Source of the DNA: Synechococcus elongatus PCC 6301
Lineage (GTDB): Bacteria; Cyanobacteriota; Cyanobacteriia; Synechococcales; Synechococcaceae
Assembly (NCBI RefSeq): GCF_000010065.1
Contig: NC_006576.1
Coordinates: forward strand, 1,830,001-1,862,000
Direction: 5' to 3'
DNA length: 32,000 nt
Shown here: one piece after another, positions 27,909-32,000 of the stretch
Layout of the letters: each line of letters starts with the position of its first letter
Position numbering within the stretch: position 1 is the stretch's first letter
The notes under the pieces: model-generated
What the model was told of the DNA's origin: nothing
Seen by the model: the letters and a program-made list of their open reading frames with translations, nothing else
The model's database searches: none
Position numbers and translations under genes: made by a program

Positions 27909-29924
27909 ATGTCAAAACAAAAATGGGCCGTTCGTCTAGCTGTTATTGCTCTGGTTTTGGCCTTTTGGCAGGTTTTATCGCTATCATCCCCTGCTCGATC
28001 CCGTGAACTAAAAACGCTCAGCCTTGCTCCAGTTTGTTCAGTCAAACTGCAAGATCCTAAAGTCACGTGGCAACTGCCAGAAGACGTCGAAGGAGGCTTG
28101 TTACAGAAAAACTTTAATGTTGTTCAGCGAGCTGTGGATCTCTTTGCTTGGCAAGAGTTTATTGCTCTAAATTGGCCTGCAAAGGTAGGCGATCGCGGTC
28201 AACCGGATATTGCAGCAATCCTTGCGAAGGCTGGCCCTCGCGTTTGGGAGACTTGGAAAGAAGCCAGCGAAGTCTACCTGCCCAATAGCGCACTCCCTCA
28301 AGCCTGGAATCGCGGGCCAGCTCTGCCTGATGAAGTGGCCCCATCTGGAGCAACAAAGGTTCTCTTTAGGACTAGTAAGGTTGACGAGGTGTTGAGTGAT
28401 CAATTCCAACCAACTAAAGCTGATGGTGCTTTGCCTGGAACTTTAACGGATCAAAGAGGAAATCTTGTTCGCTACGAGATTCGTATGAACAAGACTCTAT
28501 TTGATTATGTTGTTGACAACAAACTCTATCAGGCAGAACAGCAGGCGAACTTCCCTAATCTCTCTGCTCCGGTAGGATCGATTCTTCTCAAAGCAGCTTG
28601 GCGAGAAGTCTTGCCGAAAGAGCGCGATCGCTTCTATACAGTGCCAGCCTACGTGAAAGATATCGAGGGTGATCGCTACCAAGAAAAGCTCATGGGTTTG
28701 GTAGGCTTTCATCTCATGACGAAGACGGCCAGTGCTCCCCAGTGGATTTGGAGTACCTATGAACAGATCGATAACGTGGAGGGTTTGCATCCTTCCTTCT
28801 TTAACCCTGATTGCCCCAACTGCCTCAAAAATCAGCAAACGCAGCCACAAGTACCCAATCAAATTACTCGTGAAACTCCTATCCCTGCGGTTGACCCTGA
28901 CTGCAGTCAAAAATCAGTCGCGATCGATAACATTGCTGCCCTGAACCGAGCCATGCAAAAGGGTCTAGGTGATTCAGTTTGGCGGCACTATCAGTTGATT
29001 AATACGCAATGGCCTGTCCCTTCACCGCAACCCTCTAGCCCTCCAACCGTCTTTAAGGTATTGCCGCCTATTTTGGCAAACACAACGATGGAGAGCTATA
29101 TCCAGAAAAGTTCCTCTTGCATGGGTTGCCATGCGATCGCTCGAACGACTAATACGCAGCAATATCGATCTGCAGATTTTAGTTTTACCTTTGCTGAAGC
29201 ACGGCCAGTCCTCAAAAACCCTCAAATTATTGCTCCTCCTAAGTCTCCCAACACAAAATGGGATCGGGAGAACTGGAATAGCATTTTGCGAGGCTATCTA
29301 ATTGCGAATAAAACCTATGAAACACTGCCCCAGTATGTTCCTCAGGCGAAACTTCACTGTGCTAGCTGCCATCTCAATGTTGGGGCAAATCCTACGGCCT
29401 CCTCTTGGTTTGGGATGATCAAAAAGTATCAATATCCAGAAACAGATGATTTGCAGAAGAGAATTAATTCCTGCTTTGAGCATAGCCTCAACGGCTTGCC
29501 GCTACCGTTGGAGAAATATAATCCAGAAGCTCAAGCTCTGATTACATATATGCAGTGGCTAGATCAGCAAGCTGCTCAGTCTAAAATTACGCTGCCTAAA
29601 ACAGCTTATCCAGATATTCAGAAGCTCGCTGGAAATCCAAAGCAGGGTCAAGAAATTTTTCAGCAGAAGTGTGCGTTTTGTCATGAGTTGAATGGTGCAG
29701 GCCGCTATGGAAGTAACACCTACTATCGACCTGCGCTGTGGGGTGATCAATCCTTTAATCGCTTGGCTGGGTTAGCACAGCCGGAGACTTTGGCAAAATT
29801 CCTGAAGTCGAATATGCCCTATCAGTTTGGGGGAAACTTGACAGATCAGGAAGCCTGGGATTTAGCCACTTTTATCGATCGTCAGCCTCGCCCACAAGGC
29901 CCCTACAAAGCGCCGAAGACTTAA
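27909..29924 (+). CDS. Membrane-anchored/exported tri-haem cytochrome c: unknown N-terminal domain + TsdA-like di-haem C-terminal module
   Basis: ATG at 27909 (an upstream TTG at 27870 is possible), giving 671 aa, 43 nt after the bicupin stop. It has an N-terminal hydrophobic anchor (WAVRLAVIALVLAFWQVL). There are three CxxCH motifs: CMGCH (29118-29132), CASCH (29358-29372) and CAFCH (29670-29684). The last ~250 aa match the thiosulfate dehydrogenase TsdA pattern (CASCHL..G...RINSCFEHSLNG; CAFCH..NGAG...PALWGDQSFN..AG...NMPY...LTDQEAWDLATFI). Confidence 0.85.
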   Translation: MSKQKWAVRLAVIALVLAFWQVLSLSSPARSRELKTLSLAPVCSVKLQDPKVTWQLPEDVEGGLLQKNFNVVQRAVDLFAWQEFIALNWPAKVGDRGQPDIAAILAKAGPRVWETWKEASEVYLPNSALPQAWNRGPALPDEVAPSGATKVLFRTSKVDEVLSDQFQPTKADGALPGTLTDQRGNLVRYEIRMNKTLFDYVVDNKLYQAEQQANFPNLSAPVGSILLKAAWREVLPKERDRFYTVPAYVKDIEGDRYQEKLMGLVGFHLMTKTASAPQWIWSTYEQIDNVEGLHPSFFNPDCPNCLKNQQTQPQVPNQITRETPIPAVDPDCSQKSVAIDNIAALNRAMQKGLGDSVWRHYQLINTQWPVPSPQPSSPPTVFKVLPPILANTTMESYIQKSSSCMGCHAIARTTNTQQYRSADFSFTFAEARPVLKNPQIIAPPKSPNTKWDRENWNSILRGYLIANKTYETLPQYVPQAKLHCASCHLNVGANPTASSWFGMIKKYQYPETDDLQKRINSCFEHSLNGLPLPLEKYNPEAQALITYMQWLDQQAAQSKITLPKTAYPDIQKLAGNPKQGQEIFQQKCAFCHELNGAGRYGSNTYYRPALWGDQSFNRLAGLAQPETLAKFLKSNMPYQFGGNLTDQEAWDLATFIDRQPRPQGPYKAPKT

Positions 29925-29925
29925 A

Positions 29926-31029
29926 TCAATTCATGACTTGAGTGCGGCGATAGCGATAGTATGCAGCGCAAGCTCCCTCGCTGGAAACCATTGGCGCACC
30001 TAGAGGTTTTTCTGGAGTACAAGTGCGACCAAAAGCCGGACAGTCACAGGGTTGTTTCTGGCCTTGAAGAACCAAACCGCTGATGCAGTCATTGACTGAT
30101 GTGAGCGCGATCGCGCCAGTGATTGCAAAACGACAATGGGCATCAAACGACTTAAATTCAGGCTGGAATTCCAGCCCTCCCTCGGGAATTGTGCCCAGGC
30201 TGCGCCAGTCTTGATCGGCGATCGCAAACACCCGTTCTACCCACTGCTGAGCGGCTAAATTTCCAGCTTCTTGAACAGCGCGACCGTAGCAATTCACGAC
30301 TTCAGAGCGGCCGGATTCTAGTTGATCCAGACAGGCGTAAATGCCCTGCAAAATATCGACTGGTTCAAAGCCAGTAATCGCGATCGGGACATGATAGCGA
30401 TTAGCGATCGCCGGATATTCCGCTAAACCAGCGACTGTACAAACATGACCCGCCGCCAGAAAGCCTTGAATCCGGCAATCTGGATCAGCGAGTAACTGTG
30501 TCATCGCCGGAGCCACGCGGACATGAGACAGCAACACCGAAAAGTTGGTGAGCTGTTGTTGCTGGGCTTGGGCGATCGCGAGAGCAGTTGCGGGAGCTGT
30601 TGTTTCAAAGCCGACCGCGAGAAAAACCACTTGGCGATCGGGGTTTTTAGCTGCGATCGCAACAGCATCCAGTGGACTATAGACAATCTGCACCTGAGCA
30701 CCAGCGGCACGGGCTTGCTGTAAACTCTGCTGGCGTTCGCCGGGAACCCGTACCATATCGCCGAAGCTACAGATTATGACTTGCGGATCTTGGGCGATCG
30801 CGATTGCCTGATCAATCACCGAGCCGGGCGTCACACAGACCGGACAACCGGGGCCATGCAGCAGCGTCACCCCCTCGGGCAGCAAAGTATCGAGGCCATA
30901 GCGAACGATGCTGTGGGTCTGGCCGCCGCAAACTTCCATCAGCGTCCAAGGTCGCGTTACCCGTTGCGCGATCGCTTCTACCCACGCTTGCACGGCTGCC
31001 GCCTGCCGAAACTCCTGGACGTAGCGCAC
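29926..31029 (-). CDS. hypD: [NiFe]-hydrogenase maturation protein HypD
   Basis: Start set to the GTG at 31029 (V/M-RYVQEFRQ), giving 367 aa. The upstream ATG at 31104 would add a Cys/Arg-rich, off-composition extension. Motifs present are EVCGGQTH, GPGCPVCVTP, GFETTAP and PxHVxxP-like SHVRVAPAM. Confidence 0.9.
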   Translation of the reverse strand: MRYVQEFRQAAAVQAWVEAIAQRVTRPWTLMEVCGGQTHSIVRYGLDTLLPEGVTLLHGPGCPVCVTPGSVIDQAIAIAQDPQVIICSFGDMVRVPGERQQSLQQARAAGAQVQIVYSPLDAVAIAAKNPDRQVVFLAVGFETTAPATALAIAQAQQQQLTNFSVLLSHVRVAPAMTQLLADPDCRIQGFLAAGHVCTVAGLAEYPAIANRYHVPIAITGFEPVDILQGIYACLDQLESGRSEVVNCYGRAVQEAGNLAAQQWVERVFAIADQDWRSLGTIPEGGLEFQPEFKSFDAHCRFAITGAIALTSVNDCISGLVLQGQKQPCDCPAFGRTCTPEKPLGAPMVSSEGACAAYYRYRRTQVMN

Positions 31030-31030
31030 C

Positions 31031-32000
31031 TCAACCCCCCGGGAAGACTTCCGGCACCGCCCAAGTGCCACTCTGCAGCGATCGCAGATACTGCACCCGT
31101 TCAAAGCGATCGGGCGCCGGACAGGACTGCTGACTCATGCAACCTTGCAGCAGCGACAACGCGGGGCAATCATGCTCCGCCAGCCACGTTTTTAAGTCTG
31201 CTTCAATCCGCTGCAAGACGTCGGGGCCATGGCGTAACAGTGCCCCCACAATTTGCGTGGTGGCTGCTCCCGCCATCACCATGCGGATCACATCATCAGC
31301 GCGTTGAATGCCACCCGTCGCCGCAAAATCCACCGGCACCTGTCCGTAGAGCAGCGCAATCCAATGCAGCGGCAGCCGTTGATCCTGTGGGTTACTCAAG
31401 ATCAGGCGCGGCACGACGTCCAAACTCTCAATGTCGATATCCGGCTGATAAAAGCGGTTAAACAGCACGATCGCCTGAGCCCCCGCTTGGGCAAACTGCC
31501 GGATCATGTGGCCGGGACTGCTGAAAAAAGGGCTGAGCTTAACCGCCAGCGGTAACTGCGTCGCCGCCCGCACTTGCTCAACCACCCGCAGATATTGGGC
31601 TTCGACTTCCGCTCCGCTCTGATTCGGATCGACCGGCAGCGCGTACAAGTTCAGCTCCAGTGCATCCGCGCCAGCACCTTCAATTCGGCGGGCGTAATCA
31701 ACCCAGCCGTTATCACTGGTGCCATTCAAACTGGCGATGATCGGGATTTGAACTTGAGCTTTAGCCTTCTCAATCTGCCGGAGATAATGCACCGGCCCGA
31801 TCGGGAACCAAGCGGGCTCCGGCGCATAGGTCAGGGATTCTGCATAGTGATGACTGCCGACTTCCAACTGCTGCCAAACGGCCTGATGCTCGGCTTCTAC
31901 CTGCTCCTCAAATAGGGAATGGAGCACGATCGCACTCGCTCCCGCTGCTTCTAAGGCGGGGAGTTGTTCCGTCCGCTCACTCAGGGGAGCAGCAGCCCCA
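31031..32000 (-). CDS. Dihydroorotate-dehydrogenase-like (class 1 DHOD/DHPD TIM-barrel family) protein, 5' end outside window
   Basis: The reading frame stays open upstream of the listed GVG/GTG at 31927 to the window edge (GAAAPLSERTEQLPALEAAGASAIVLHSLFEEQ...). IIASLNG, ADALELNLY, LPLAVKLSPF, VLFNRFYQPDIDI and AATGGI are DHOD-family barrel motifs. The stop is TGA at 31031-31033. Confidence 0.75.
   Translation of the reverse strand, partial: GAAAPLSERTEQLPALEAAGASAIVLHSLFEEQVEAEHQAVWQQLEVGSHHYAESLTYAPEPAWFPIGPVHYLRQIEKAKAQVQIPIIASLNGTSDNGWVDYARRIEGAGADALELNLYALPVDPNQSGAEVEAQYLRVVEQVRAATQLPLAVKLSPFFSSPGHMIRQFAQAGAQAIVLFNRFYQPDIDIESLDVVPRLILSNPQDQRLPLHWIALLYGQVPVDFAATGGIQRADDVIRMVMAGAATTQIVGALLRHGPDVLQRIEADLKTWLAEHDCPALSLLQGCMSQQSCPAPDRFERVQYLRSLQSGTWAVPEVFPGG

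Larger units (their letters stand above)
26430..29925. other. AT-rich, HIP1-poor patch C: bicupin + cytochrome c operon
   Basis: GC is in the low/mid 40s% by eye. Only four GCGATCGC sites occur in about 3.5 kb (26800, 28189, 28624, 29133), against roughly one per 200-300 bp in flanking genes. The right edge is 1 nt from the hypD stop codon. Confidence 0.55.

Noticed and set aside
31030-31104. ATG at 31104 as the hypD start
   Set aside because: It would add MNGCSICDRCRVALGRCRKSSRGVE, overlapping the DHOD-like gene by 74 nt. HypD proteins start at the M-[KR]-[YF]-[VL]-x-E-[FY]-R motif, which is supplied here by the GTG at 31029.
30781-31461. 226-aa ORF on the + strand
   Set aside because: It is antisense to the hypD start and the DHOD-like gene. 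It is extremely Arg/Pro/Ala-rich, so it is a shadow ORF.

Overview
This is a 32-kb chromosomal segment from a cyanobacterial genome rich in HIP1 octamers (GCGATCGC). GC is about 55-60% by eye. It looks like a Synechococcus elongatus-type organism, but I cannot confirm that without a database search. The backbone is mostly housekeeping: lysS (3' end), a SAM methyltransferase, an adenosine-deaminase-family gene, purA, a RidA-family gene, thiO, tRNA-Phe(GAA), a comF-like gene, agmatine deiminase, hspA, a ruvX/DUF3727/yqeG-type HAD operon, an NhaP-type antiporter, gltX, a fused 1218-aa 5-oxoprolinase, a J-domain protein, hypD and a DHODH-like gene (5' end outside the window). Three AT-rich, HIP1-depleted patches interrupt this backbone. 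Patch A (~1480-3000) holds convergent SPFH/band-7 and bacterial PH-domain genes. Patch B (~19435-21180) holds a single 486-aa ABC-type ATPase with a C-terminal Toprim-like module. It is OLD-like, has no partner gene and no mobility gene, and is my best candidate for an uncharacterised defence gene. Patch C (~26430-29925) is a two-gene operon. It encodes a signal-peptide-bearing Mn-bicupin (oxalate decarboxylase/MncA-like) and a 671-aa tri-haem cytochrome c. The C-terminal half of the cytochrome looks TsdA-like; I cannot assign its N-terminal ~430 aa. Two backbone genes look disrupted: a DUF296/PPC gene with an in-frame TAG (8286-8288), and an SDR gene next to patch B that is frameshifted at a C5 run (21712-21716). 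I saw no rRNA, CRISPR array, transposase or integrase. All GC and HIP1-density statements are estimates made by eye.
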